Below, piece after piece: positions 49,871 to 58,820 of a DNA stretch of 58,820 nt (position 1 is its first letter; every line of letters starts with the position of its first letter). Below the pieces are notes generated by a model. That model searched no databases and had not been told where the DNA came from. It saw nothing but the letters and a program-made list of their open reading frames with translations. This stretch comes from a virus (lineage: Duplodnaviria; Caudoviricetes), in IMG/VR virus record IMGVR_UViG_3300042923_001809, positions 1 to 58,820 of that record. One strand, given 5' to 3'. The translations under genes and the position numbers were made by a program.

Positions 49871-50190
49871 TTCAATTCCTCCGCATCCGCTAAAAGTGCG
49901 GCATAGTTTGCCTGATTGATTTTACTAAGCTTATCTGCCCCATACTTTTCAAGCAGTGCTCTGATCTCTGCTGTGAAACCATCATGTGACTTCTCTGCCA
50001 GTACTGCTCTGACCTGCTCAAGTGTAATTTTTTTCTCAGCAGGCTTTGTCTCAGTTACCTGAGCAGGTGTTTCTCTTTGTGCCTCACCCGCTGATGCCTT
50101 GGTATCCAAAGTATCTGCCAATGTCTGCAGGCTTCCAGCCAACTTTTTGAGGTCATTAACCACATCCAATAACAAATCAACTTTACTCAT
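49867..50190 (-). CDS. Conserved phage replication-module protein
   Basis: TLEQVRAVLAEKS..G, LLEKYGA.KLS. Confidence 0.8.
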   Translation of the reverse strand: MSKVDLLLDVVNDLKKLAGSLQTLADTLDTKASAGEAQRETPAQVTETKPAEKKITLEQVRAVLAEKSHDGFTAEIRALLEKYGADKLSKINQANYAALLADAEELK

Positions 50191-50386
50191 GCTCTTTGCC
50201 TCCTTCCCCACCTACCTCATTGATGGATAGCGTTTCCACGCTGTCACCTGGAACGATGACGGTTAACCGCTGCCTTTTCCCCAGAAGAAATCGTAGGAGC
50301 TTTTCTCTGACTGTCACATGACGGCAACTGATAATCCCACCACCCGGCGTTTCTTTTGAAACACTGATCTGCACTGTGTGTCTCAT
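50183..50386 (-). CDS. Conserved small phage protein
   Basis: REKLLRFLLG, IVPGDSV. Confidence 0.75.
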   Translation of the reverse strand: MRHTVQISVSKETPGGGIISCRHVTVREKLLRFLLGKRQRLTVIVPGDSVETLSINEVGGEGGKEHE

Positions 50387-50438
50387 ATGTTGTTCCTTCC
50401 TTTCCAAAGGCTTCATTTCATATGTGCCTTCATTAAAC

Positions 50439-50464
50439 AGCCACGGCAGGTAAAGGATGTGAGG
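50439..50464 (-). promoter_or_regulatory. Putative phage-sigma promoter heading the replication operon
   Basis: CCTCACA-N13-GTGGCT immediately after the sigma gene stop. Confidence 0.7.
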
Positions 50465-50468
50465 ATAT

Positions 50469-50912
50469 TTACAAAAGTTTATTTAAAGCTTTATAAGCTG
50501 TATGTAATCGATGAGATATAGCCGAGTGGTCCACTCCCTCCCGTTTTGCATAGTCATTTACAGATACTCCGTTAAAATAAATAGCAGTAATAAGTTCCCT
50601 CTGCTTCGGCTTCAGCCTGCCCACCGTATTCCGGATATGCTGCCTTGTATATTTACTCTCTAAGTCAGCGGCTATTTCAGCACTCTCAGAACAAATGCTA
50701 TTTTTAAATTCAAAAGCATCACGTGATAAGTGAGGATTGGTATCTGCTTGTCCATCAATATAGTCATAACCATCCAGTGAATTATGACGGCGAGTTTCTT
50801 TCCGGTTGACGTTATATTCTTTCCTGTCAAGTTCGAGGATGATTTCTCCCCACTCCTCTGAAACCTCAATTTCATGAGTTTGTCCAGTTACTGATGTGTA
50901 CCTGATTTTCAT
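50469..50912 (-). CDS. Phage sigma-70 region 4 / ECF-like factor
   Basis: L.PKQRELI.AIYFNG.SV.DYA.REGV..SAISHRL; ATG after AGGAG. Confidence 0.85.
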   Translation of the reverse strand: MKIRYTSVTGQTHEIEVSEEWGEIILELDRKEYNVNRKETRRHNSLDGYDYIDGQADTNPHLSRDAFEFKNSICSESAEIAADLESKYTRQHIRNTVGRLKPKQRELITAIYFNGVSVNDYAKREGVDHSAISHRLHTAYKALNKLL

Positions 50913-50915
50913 ACT

Positions 50916-51125
50916 GGTATCTCCTTTCTTTGCTGCCGGACAAGCCGGAAACAGGAGATACCTGAAAAAAGGCACAAAAAAATAAGACCTTGGCAACACT
51001 GTTTCCAGCGTTACCCCGGTCTTGGGTGGTGGCTTCTATATCGCTAATTCTACGGGAGAATCGTGAGCGGCGTCCTTGCGTAGAAGGTTGTACCAGGCGA
51101 TATATGCCCCTATTGACTCAGTCGG
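50916..51125 (-). ncRNA. Candidate structured cis-regulatory leader RNA (nested stems, attenuator, RBS-sequestering hairpin)
   Basis: Stems 51037-44/51097-104 and 51048-54/51079-85; GAAA-capped terminator 50976-51023; anti-SD 50953-62 pairing with 50916-25. Confidence 0.6.
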
Positions 51126-51139
51126 TAATTCTTGCTCTA

Positions 51140-51322
51140 TTAATTATTTTTGGAATTTGCTTTCGCTTTCACTGCCCTCTGGGTATTAAAATTAATATGA
51201 TAAATCTTACCACATTCATGGCACCGGCATGATACCTTAATATCAGCCGGCTTATCTGCAAATGTCTTTCCTGTCCCACACCAGGGGCAGGTTATTACGA
51301 TAGGAAACTTGATATCATGCAT
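51140..51322 (-). CDS. Small Zn-finger (CxxC..CxxC) protein
   Basis: CPWCG..CHECG; GGAG RBS. Confidence 0.75.
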   Translation of the reverse strand: MHDIKFPIVITCPWCGTGKTFADKPADIKVSCRCHECGKIYHINFNTQRAVKAKANSKNN

Positions 51323-51467
51323 TTACAATCTCTCCTTTTAGTAGTCCCTATGTAAGCAAGTTTGTTAACACCATGAGAATAAAATAGCAGGACAATTTCA
51401 TCCTGCGTAATCTGCATTTTATATCTGTACAGTTTTTATCTTTTAGCTTTTGTCATTGGTTGGTGAT

Positions 51468-51878
51468 TCAATGGCATCCCTCCTCCTGCATTTTCTTCAT
51501 GCCACAAATCTGATCAATAAAATCTTGCCACTGAGTATTAGAGATATTCAGATCCCGTGCTTTTCGTAATGCCACACGAGCTATCTCTGTCTTTCCGATA
51601 TAATCTACTAAATCTGGATAAATATTATTTCTACTCTTACCTGCAAGATCGTAGAAATAATAGGAATCATCCCCTTCGATACACAATACCTCGGTCATTT
51701 TTTCGAGATATTTCTCCGGTGCATAGCGGTTTCCTTTTTCAATATCGCTCAGATATGCCGGTGTCATATCCAGTTCCAAAGCTAGTCCACGTATTGACTT
51801 GCCGAGCGCCTCTCTGCGTGCTTTTACATATTCTCCAAATGAACAATGACATTCATTTGGTACTAATATATTCATCAT
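51468..51878 (-). CDS. XRE-family HTH repressor
   Basis: FGEYVKARRE..GKSIRGLA..L.MTPAYLSDIEKGNR. Confidence 0.92.
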   Translation of the reverse strand: MMNILVPNECHCSFGEYVKARREALGKSIRGLALELDMTPAYLSDIEKGNRYAPEKYLEKMTEVLCIEGDDSYYFYDLAGKSRNNIYPDLVDYIGKTEIARVALRKARDLNISNTQWQDFIDQICGMKKMQEEGCH

Positions 51879-51903
51879 GTAATTAATCCGCCTTTTACAT
51901 AAT

Positions 51904-51952
51904 ATGTAAGCTTTTATGCTTACATTGTACTACTTGTTTATATGTTTGTCAA
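51904..51952 (-). promoter_or_regulatory. XRE gene promoter with an overlapping palindromic operator
   Basis: TTGACA-17-TACAAT; ATGTAAGC-N6-GCTTACAT at 51904-51925, with a related site at 51350-51371. Confidence 0.75.
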
Positions 51953-52069
51953 TATTTAACATTTTTATGTTGTCAATAATCTACCGAAAATACATTTACA
52001 TTGTTTCACAAAAATCTATAATAAATTAGCTTTGTCCCATAATGGGAATATTTTACGTTTATTTTAGAA

Positions 52070-52098
52070 ATAAAGCCAATCGTCATGATTGGCTTTAT
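52070..52098 (-). terminator. Terminator after the S8 peptidase gene
   Basis: ataaagccaatc..gattggctttat inverted repeat. Confidence 0.7.
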
Positions 52099-52101
52099 CC
52101 T

Positions 52102-54324
52102 TTATCTTACAGTAACTCTTACCGGTTGAACTGGTGTAAAACGTCCTGCTGTTTCTTTTATTATTTCTGAATACAAATTTCCTGCTTCCGTTAAATCCTC
52201 AACTGTTATTACCAATGAATATGGTATTTCGTCATCATCCGCAACTCCCCATCGAGTAAACAACTCAAGCCATATTTCCCAACTTCCAGCGTCAAAACTT
52301 GAGAAGGTATTTGAAAAATGGAAGCATGAATCCCACTTATTACGATTATCTGCAACCGGTGGATTATCTACTACATTATTACCATTTGAATTTAATCTAT
52401 GTATAGATGTTGTAATGTAAGCTGCAGAATATTCACTTCCTTTTGTTCTATCTACTGGTGGTTGAGCTAAACACGTAACAGTAACCTTAACTTTTGATTC
52501 ACCCCGTTTTACCTTTGCCTCGGCAATTACCGTTGGAATATGAAATTTAACTCTTTTTTTTGTTAAACGGTTTAAGCTTCCTGCGTGTAAGAAAGACACT
52601 TTATTCTCAGAAGAATACATGCTATTTCTTGGTGATGATAGTCCTCTTCCATATAAATTTCCGGCAAAATCTGCCTCTTCTTGTGTTATATCTTCCTTTG
52701 TAAAAAGTGGAATTGCTCCATTATATAGTAAAGCCTGTGCCAGACCTACATCTTCATTAGGCACTGTTAGTAGTATTTCTGCAAGGTCACCTGCTACCGT
52801 TGGCGTTGTAAAACTCGTTCCTGGCAAAGCACAATAACCGGTTGATGAAAGGCACAACGCGTATGGATCACTTGGTGTCATACCATTTTTAAATTGAGTA
52901 GCTCCATAGGCAACAATATCCGGTTTATAAAAACCGCAAAATCCCGGGCCACGTCTTGAATAAGGAGCAATGTCTTTTTCCTTACTTACACTACCAGGGT
53001 GTGTTTGACCTACGACTGAGCCCACTGTAATTGCAAGCATAGCATCTGCAGGTTCAGCAATCTTGCTGTCGTCATCATCCAAAATGTCTTTCAGGTTATT
53101 TTCCGAAAAACCTAATTGATGATTTCCTGCCGATACAACGAATTTAACACCATATTTTCTAGTAAGCATATCCAGTTCACATCCTAATATACTCATTTCG
53201 TCCCCATCGATTGGCTGACTTGCATTGTATGAAAAGTTATAAATTTTTGCTACTGATGCAAAAGTATCAACAGCCTCTCTTATTCTTTTGATGACAACAT
53301 TTGATGGTGTTTTGTCGCTATCAATTATATTAGCATCAATAATTTTTGCTCTTGGTGTTAAATAAGGGTCTGGCAAATGAAATCCAAGCTCTTCGAAAGC
53401 CGCTCTACTCGCAACAGGAGTACCATGATTTCCAAAGAAAGAGGGTACGCTACATCCTGTTGCTCTCCAATGGACAGGTACGATACCAGCTAAACCTGCT
53501 GGTAAATTAACGCCATCATCCAATATAACAATTGCAGGTAAATCTTCAATTTTAATACCTGGATCTAGTTGCAGTCCTTTTCCTAATGGAATAGACGCAC
53601 TAGGAGCGTAGACTTGAAAAAAAGATGTTTCCTCGATTCTGTAGATTGCTTGATCATCTGCAATTTCATTAAAACTTGCCATAGTAACCATTGCTCTGAT
53701 AATTGCTGTTCCATCAGTTAACCGATACGGTTCACCTTGGAGAGTTCCATTTTTACTTACAATTTTCTCAGTCAATTTAGTCTGAGCCCTTTGTTGGATA
53801 TCCTCTCCTAAATTTGGTAATAACATCATTTGAACGTCTACGGAAATCCGCTCTTTGTTTTCTTCAAGGTAACGCGCTAAAGACGATGATTGTTTATCAA
53901 CAGATCTAAACGGCTCAAATCCATTAATATACTGAAAATCATGTACTGTTCCTTGATCTCTGTATCTATTAATTCGCCCCTGTAAGCTATCAAAAATGTC
54001 TCTTTTTGCGGAAACAACAGCATGATTTTTATCTCTTACTGCATTTATTTTTAAGCCTTCATCTTCCATTAATTTTTTACGGTTAGAAAAATCCTCACCA
54101 TCCTGGAGCACTACCTTAAAGGTCATTATATCTTCATCACTTAAAGAATCTCCTGCTCTTAACCTTTGAAATACATCAAATATTTCCTGCAGTCCCTGAG
54201 ATAATTTATTGCCATGTTCTGCATAATCTAATCCATACTCCTTATTTCGGCCGGTTGGCTTTTTTATTATATCCTTAATTTCTTCTGATGGTATCCATAA
54301 ATGTCGTTTTTGTTCATCATTCAT
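52102..54324 (-). CDS. ietS: S8 subtilisin-like serine protease (IetS)
   Basis: ILDDGV, NHGT.VAS, SAGN, GTSF; overlaps the AAA gene. Confidence 0.9.
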   Translation of the reverse strand: MNDEQKRHLWIPSEEIKDIIKKPTGRNKEYGLDYAEHGNKLSQGLQEIFDVFQRLRAGDSLSDEDIMTFKVVLQDGEDFSNRKKLMEDEGLKINAVRDKNHAVVSAKRDIFDSLQGRINRYRDQGTVHDFQYINGFEPFRSVDKQSSSLARYLEENKERISVDVQMMLLPNLGEDIQQRAQTKLTEKIVSKNGTLQGEPYRLTDGTAIIRAMVTMASFNEIADDQAIYRIEETSFFQVYAPSASIPLGKGLQLDPGIKIEDLPAIVILDDGVNLPAGLAGIVPVHWRATGCSVPSFFGNHGTPVASRAAFEELGFHLPDPYLTPRAKIIDANIIDSDKTPSNVVIKRIREAVDTFASVAKIYNFSYNASQPIDGDEMSILGCELDMLTRKYGVKFVVSAGNHQLGFSENNLKDILDDDDSKIAEPADAMLAITVGSVVGQTHPGSVSKEKDIAPYSRRGPGFCGFYKPDIVAYGATQFKNGMTPSDPYALCLSSTGYCALPGTSFTTPTVAGDLAEILLTVPNEDVGLAQALLYNGAIPLFTKEDITQEEADFAGNLYGRGLSSPRNSMYSSENKVSFLHAGSLNRLTKKRVKFHIPTVIAEAKVKRGESKVKVTVTCLAQPPVDRTKGSEYSAAYITTSIHRLNSNGNNVVDNPPVADNRNKWDSCFHFSNTFSSFDAGSWEIWLELFTRWGVADDDEIPYSLVITVEDLTEAGNLYSEIIKETAGRFTPVQPVRVTVR

Positions 54325-55465
54325 TATCTAACACCCCCTTATATTTTTTTACTTGATAGTCTAGCGTATTATGTGATATTCCCATAGCCTTTGCTGCGGC
54401 TCTCAATGAAACGCCGCGCTCCAACATCTCACAAATTACTTTCATTGATTCATCTCCGCTATCTGAGAATTTTGTTAATTGTTGAATTAATATAGCCATC
54501 ACATCTTCTGTTTTCAGTTTCTGATCAATTAAATATTTTTTAGCTGCTGCTGTCATCAATTCTTCAAGCTGTGCTCCACTTATTCCTTCTGAAACTTTTG
54601 CAATCGCTTTACAATCAACCTTTGCCTCAATTCCATACTTTTCAATACCTTTTTGTATTAATGTTTTTCTTTGCTCTTCATTTGGTAATTCTAGATTAAT
54701 TGTAACATTAAATCTACGCCAAATAGCTGGATCCAATAAGTGTTCATGATTTGTAGCAGCAATCAAAAAAACATTAGCTGGCATATTATCAAAATTTTGA
54801 AGCAAAGTTGTAACTACACGCTTTAGCTCTCCTAGTTCGTTACTATCATCACGTTTTTTTGCAATGGCATCAAACTCATCCAAGAATAATATTATTCTCT
54901 GATTTCTTACTGAATCAAAAACTTTCCTTAGATTTGTACTTGTTTGCCCTAAATAGGATGAAACCAATCCATCTAAACGTACGTATGCTATTGGTAAATC
55001 TAACTCATGTCCTAATGCATATGCTGTAATAGTTTTTCCACAACCTGGCGGACCACACAATAAAACTCTATTTACTGGTGTCATACTATGCTTCAATAGA
55101 TTTGCAGCATTCTTTTGTTCTGACATAATTTGTTCCAATATTTTTTTTTGGTTTTCTGGCAAGATAACATCATTAAAAGATACATTAGGTCTAACTACTT
55201 CATACAATTCTAATAAGCTATCTTTATCTCTTGGTGTTGCTGTCTGTGATGATTGGGCAGAAAACCCTGATATACTTCCGCCAATATCAGATGATGCATT
55301 TCCACTCTTTTTTCTATTTTCATAAGCCCGCCTAAGCCGTGATGCTGTTGGAACATTTCCTTTTTTCTCTTCATCACTCACCAATTTATTTATCGCTTCT
55401 AAGAATTCTCGTTCATCACCGCTACAATGAGCTATAATTAAATTTTCTATAAGCTCTGATTTCAT
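54317..55465 (-). CDS. ietA: AAA+ ATPase (IetA) with a C-terminal HTH
   Basis: GPPGCGKT, FLDEFDAI, AATN, LDPAIWRRF; GVSLRAAAKAMGISHNTL. Confidence 0.9.
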   Translation of the reverse strand: MKSELIENLIIAHCSGDEREFLEAINKLVSDEEKKGNVPTASRLRRAYENRKKSGNASSDIGGSISGFSAQSSQTATPRDKDSLLELYEVVRPNVSFNDVILPENQKKILEQIMSEQKNAANLLKHSMTPVNRVLLCGPPGCGKTITAYALGHELDLPIAYVRLDGLVSSYLGQTSTNLRKVFDSVRNQRIILFLDEFDAIAKKRDDSNELGELKRVVTTLLQNFDNMPANVFLIAATNHEHLLDPAIWRRFNVTINLELPNEEQRKTLIQKGIEKYGIEAKVDCKAIAKVSEGISGAQLEELMTAAAKKYLIDQKLKTEDVMAILIQQLTKFSDSGDESMKVICEMLERGVSLRAAAKAMGISHNTLDYQVKKYKGVLDNE

Positions 55466-55487
55466 ATTGCACTCTCCTATATATCAT

Positions 55488-55573
55488 TTTTTCGTACACT
55501 TTCAGACATTTGCAATATTATAGTATCATTTCAGTAATCATATGTCAATATTTTTCGGACACATTCGGACATT
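55488..55573 (-). promoter_or_regulatory. ietAS promoter flanked by 23-bp direct repeats
   Basis: TTGACA-17-TACTAT; repeats 55488-55510 and 55551-55573 (20/23 identical). Confidence 0.65.
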
Positions 55574-56010
55574 ATTGTTTATTGCACAAAAATAGCAATG
55601 GTCTTAATAACCACCTACTATATGTATAACTAACGGAAACCAATGTCTCCATCTGTACACTTTCTTATAAAATATCATAAAATGAGCACTCCTGTATAAT
55701 TTGATCCACCACTCAGTTTGATAATCGGTCACTTTATTATAATTTGTAAAGGATACTCGCCAAGATAGTTTTTATTAAGAGTGTACCACAGCTAACGCAA
55801 CTTACTAAGTAATGCGTAGTTAAGGCAAATAAAGATAAGTCTAGCTAAATATGTCATACACAAATTATTAGTAGCACTGGCTCAGTTCGTACCGGACAGC
55901 TGTTCTCTGAATGACAAGATTATTCAATAGCATAGAAATCAGAAAACTAATATTACTCTATCATTATATACGCTACCAGATCTGCCAATATTTCTTATCG
56001 CCATATGAAC

Positions 56011-56733
56011 TCACTTAATAAAAATAAATATATACTCGTGTGCCAACAACAAAAAGGAACTATGTTGTTTCTCCCAAAACTTTGTTGATTTACAATTATG
56101 TTGCTCTTTTATAACTATTTCCTTAGACTTAAATTTTGCATTTAGAAAACAATTCATGACTTGGAAACCTAATGGAACAACACAACCTTTACTGCGGATG
56201 TCACCCATCATAACCGCACAAAGTCTTCCCTTTTTTAATACTCGATATGCCTCTCTCGCAACATTATTCATTTGATGTATAAATTCTTCTACTCCTAATA
56301 ACGACAGATCTCCATCTAGACTTTGGCTATAATTAATGATATCTGCATATGGTGGATGCGTGCAAATAAGATCCATACTCTCATTTGTAATAAATGACAA
56401 ATTGCGTGCATCGCCTTTTTTAACATTTTGCTGGGTTTTAGTATTGCATTGGAAATTAAGATTTTGGTTAGATAATAAAATAGATTGCTCATTGATATCG
56501 ACACCAATGGCATTACGATCAAGTAGTTTTGCTTCGACTAATGTAGTACCACTTCCTAAGAATTGATCTAGAATCCATTCATTTGGTTGACTATAACGAA
56601 GAATAATATTTCTTGGTACATATGGGGACCAATTTCCTCTGTATACCCCACAATGAGTAGCCCAATCACCTCTTTCAGGAAATGACCAAACAGTTGTTGA
56701 CTCCAACTCAAATTTATTTGGTTCTAATTTTAT
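56011..56733 (-). CDS. DNA methyltransferase (HPPY-type amino-MTase), probable ATA start
   Basis: LDQFLGSGTT, THPPY; AAGGAGGT upstream of an in-frame ATA at 56733. Confidence 0.85.
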   Translation of the reverse strand: MKLEPNKFELESTTVWSFPERGDWATHCGVYRGNWSPYVPRNIILRYSQPNEWILDQFLGSGTTLVEAKLLDRNAIGVDINEQSILLSNQNLNFQCNTKTQQNVKKGDARNLSFITNESMDLICTHPPYADIINYSQSLDGDLSLLGVEEFIHQMNNVAREAYRVLKKGRLCAVMMGDIRSKGCVVPLGFQVMNCFLNAKFKSKEIVIKEQHNCKSTKFWEKQHSSFLLLAHEYIFIFIK

Positions 56734-56844
56734 ATCAATACCTCCTTACACTATATTTTATCTGCATTATACTACTAAACACATAATAATACTAGTAAAT
56801 TTTTCCTCTTTCCCTCTTATTAAATCATAGAAATCATTTTACAG

Positions 56845-56894
56845 AAAAAAGAGACAAGCCATCATTCACCTACTTGATGACTTATCTCATTTTT
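56845..56894 (-). terminator. Terminator after the AlwI-family gene
   Basis: gagacaagccatca..tgatgacttatctc imperfect inverted repeat with an A-run. Confidence 0.5.
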
Positions 56895-56987
56895 GATTTC
56901 TTTTCTTCCTTTTCATTATTAGAAGTAATTTTGACACTAATAAACAAATTTATATTTTCCGATAATCTTACAATCAATCCAAATCTT

Positions 56988-58820
56988 TTAAGCTTGTATC
57001 ATTTTATTCTTTATCAATTCTGAAATCATAAAATCAATATCTCGTTTCCACTCTGGTGCTTCTCTTCCGTACTTTAAATCAAAACACGCAGTGAATAAAC
57101 TTAATAATTTGTCAGGATGCACAGTATTATTCTCAAATAAACTTTTAAAAAATGATGCAAATTGACTTAATGTAAATGGTACAATTCTCAATGCCATTTT
57201 TTTGTCATCTTGAGTATACCAAACCCCAATTCGAAAAGTTTCTGCTGTATTTGAATCTATTTTATTAGCAATAAACATTCCATAAACAGGCTTATTATTA
57301 TTTAAAACAAGATCTGCTACATGTCGACGAACTGGTTCACCCTCCATGGCCTCCTGCCTTGAATTTGTTGACATAGTAACTTCAACTACAATAATATACT
57401 CATCAAATTCAAAAATCATGTCTGGTCCGCCGCCTGGTGCTGTTCCTACAGGCAAATAATCTTGATCTATACTAAATCCCCTGGCTTCATATGGCTTATT
57501 AGATATATGATTTATTGCTAAAAAAGCTCGCCATAAAATCCATTCTAAGTATGCTGCAGCCTCAGACTTAGGAACTTTAATTGTATAATCTTCATTCAAC
57601 TCTTTTTCCTGTCCATTATTAACAACTAACAAATTCATATACTCATAAATTTCTTTCCACTCATTATATTGATTTTTAGCGTATTCCTCCTCTTTGAACT
57701 TATCAATGTCCCTCTTTAAGCTGTTTCGTACCATATTTATATTAGCTGCTGAATCAAGAGGTACATCTGGAATAGTATATTGGATATTATATGTAGTCAA
57801 CTCCGAAACCAGATCTTGTAAAACTTGATTTGCTGTATCAATATTGTCCGTTGGTAACGGCGCACCATTACATAATTGCTTGTATCGCTCAATTAACGGC
57901 TCTGAACTTGTAACTTTCTTACTAAGTTCAAAAGCTAAAGTTCGATACTCTGGTACAATACAGATACCTCTTCCTGCTCTCTTGACAATTCCTGAAGATA
58001 CAATATATCGTAGATTCATATCAGCATAATCACTAAAGTTTACTTTTAGTTTTAAGTAATGTTCCCATGCTAAATCGATCAAATCTCGATCATACTTTTT
58101 CTTATTATTTGCTGCCATCCTATTTTTTCTTATATCCAAAACCTTCTCAACAACTTTATCAACATCATAATTAGGATTAGTTGTTTGAACACATATTGCA
58201 AATTCAATAAAATTAATCCTTGTATCTCCTGTAATTTCCTCCAACTTAAACATCACAGTAAGTACCCATAGAAGCGGTGAATAACTAAGTTCCTCGGTTA
58301 GCTTTTCCATTGGTACAACTAACCCTCTCAAAAAGCACTCTTGTTGTGCAGAAATAGTATCGGCATTATAAAATGTTTTGCCAATAGGTGTTATGTCATC
58401 CACTGGACCCAATTCAGTTTGAGAAAAACCATCTTTTAATGTTACTTCTGGATATGCAAATCCATATTTATTAAACATAAGTCTATATTTACGAGTTATA
58501 CTAGCATCTTGATCTTTATTTAAGTCACCACCTATTTCACCTGTATGGAATAGTAGTTTTTTAAAAGCCACCTGATCTTTTGGTTCACGTAATTTCCCTA
58601 CTAAATTTGACTCGACATATACTTTAAATCCACTGGGTATACGCCATGGATTTCTCATTCCTGTATTCCCAATTAGCCAAATATCTATTGGTTCTTTTAC
58701 AACCCTGGTCTCTTCAACTGTTTTTTCCTTAGTTTTTTCGCCATCCTTATATTTAATTTTCTTTGATTCTGTTACCTGATAAACATCCTGTCCAATTTTA
58801 ATTATTTTTGCCTTCGCCAT
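56988..58820 (-). CDS. AlwI-family type IIS restriction/nicking endonuclease
   Basis: GNTGMRNPWR, APGGGPDM, VEVTM..QEAMEGEPVRRH. Confidence 0.88.
   Translation of the reverse strand: MAKAKIIKIGQDVYQVTESKKIKYKDGEKTKEKTVEETRVVKEPIDIWLIGNTGMRNPWRIPSGFKVYVESNLVGKLREPKDQVAFKKLLFHTGEIGGDLNKDQDASITRKYRLMFNKYGFAYPEVTLKDGFSQTELGPVDDITPIGKTFYNADTISAQQECFLRGLVVPMEKLTEELSYSPLLWVLTVMFKLEEITGDTRINFIEFAICVQTTNPNYDVDKVVEKVLDIRKNRMAANNKKKYDRDLIDLAWEHYLKLKVNFSDYADMNLRYIVSSGIVKRAGRGICIVPEYRTLAFELSKKVTSSEPLIERYKQLCNGAPLPTDNIDTANQVLQDLVSELTTYNIQYTIPDVPLDSAANINMVRNSLKRDIDKFKEEEYAKNQYNEWKEIYEYMNLLVVNNGQEKELNEDYTIKVPKSEAAAYLEWILWRAFLAINHISNKPYEARGFSIDQDYLPVGTAPGGGPDMIFEFDEYIIVVEVTMSTNSRQEAMEGEPVRRHVADLVLNNNKPVYGMFIANKIDSNTAETFRIGVWYTQDDKKMALRIVPFTLSQFASFFKSLFENNTVHPDKLLSLFTACFDLKYGREAPEWKRDIDFMISELIKNKMIQA

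Larger units (their letters stand above)
1640..58820 (-). mobile_element. Prophage (HK97-like siphovirus with triple serine recombinase) plus cargo; core phage genes about 6998-51950; right boundary not seen in window
   Basis: Complete co-oriented regulation, replication, packaging, head, tail, lysis and integration modules; att-like junction near 1640-1652. Inclusion of the flanking cargo is inferred. Confidence 0.85.

Noticed and set aside
1-58820. tRNA, rRNA or IS elements
   Set aside because: No cloverleaf, rRNA-like sequence or transposase ORF recognised by eye; a tRNAscan/Infernal run would be needed to exclude them

Overview
AT-rich Firmicutes (Clostridia-like) window. It is dominated by an apparently complete HK97-type siphovirus prophage encoded on the minus strand (core about 6998-51950). 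Gene order from right to left: XRE repressor, Zn-finger peptide, phage sigma factor; replication (DUF2800, DUF2815, family A polymerase, VapE, VRR-NUC, SNF2); late activator, HNH, terS, methylase, amidoligase cluster, terL; head; tail; lysis; and a triple serine-recombinase module. The left end holds the large serine recombinase of another element, whose 3' end overlaps an rlmD/rumA-like attachment junction (HVET.VLL and two DMFPxT motifs on the minus strand), which suggests tandem integration at rlmD. Defence-like cargo flanks and interrupts the phage: a TIR-containing four-gene cluster, a RecD-like helicase plus EVE-like pair, a solo Mrr-N/EVE-like moron, IetAS, and an AlwI-family nuclease with a methylase. 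The most distinctive signal is a candidate non-CI/Cro regulatory cascade: XRE operators, a Zn-finger leader peptide, a structured attenuator/RBS-sequestering RNA, a phage sigma factor, and three identically spaced CCTCACA-N13-RTGGCT promoter motifs. Other oddities are a 5-nt insertion in the SNF2 Walker A motif, a -1 frameshift in the tail chaperone and a likely ATA start. All family calls come from motif recognition, not database searches.
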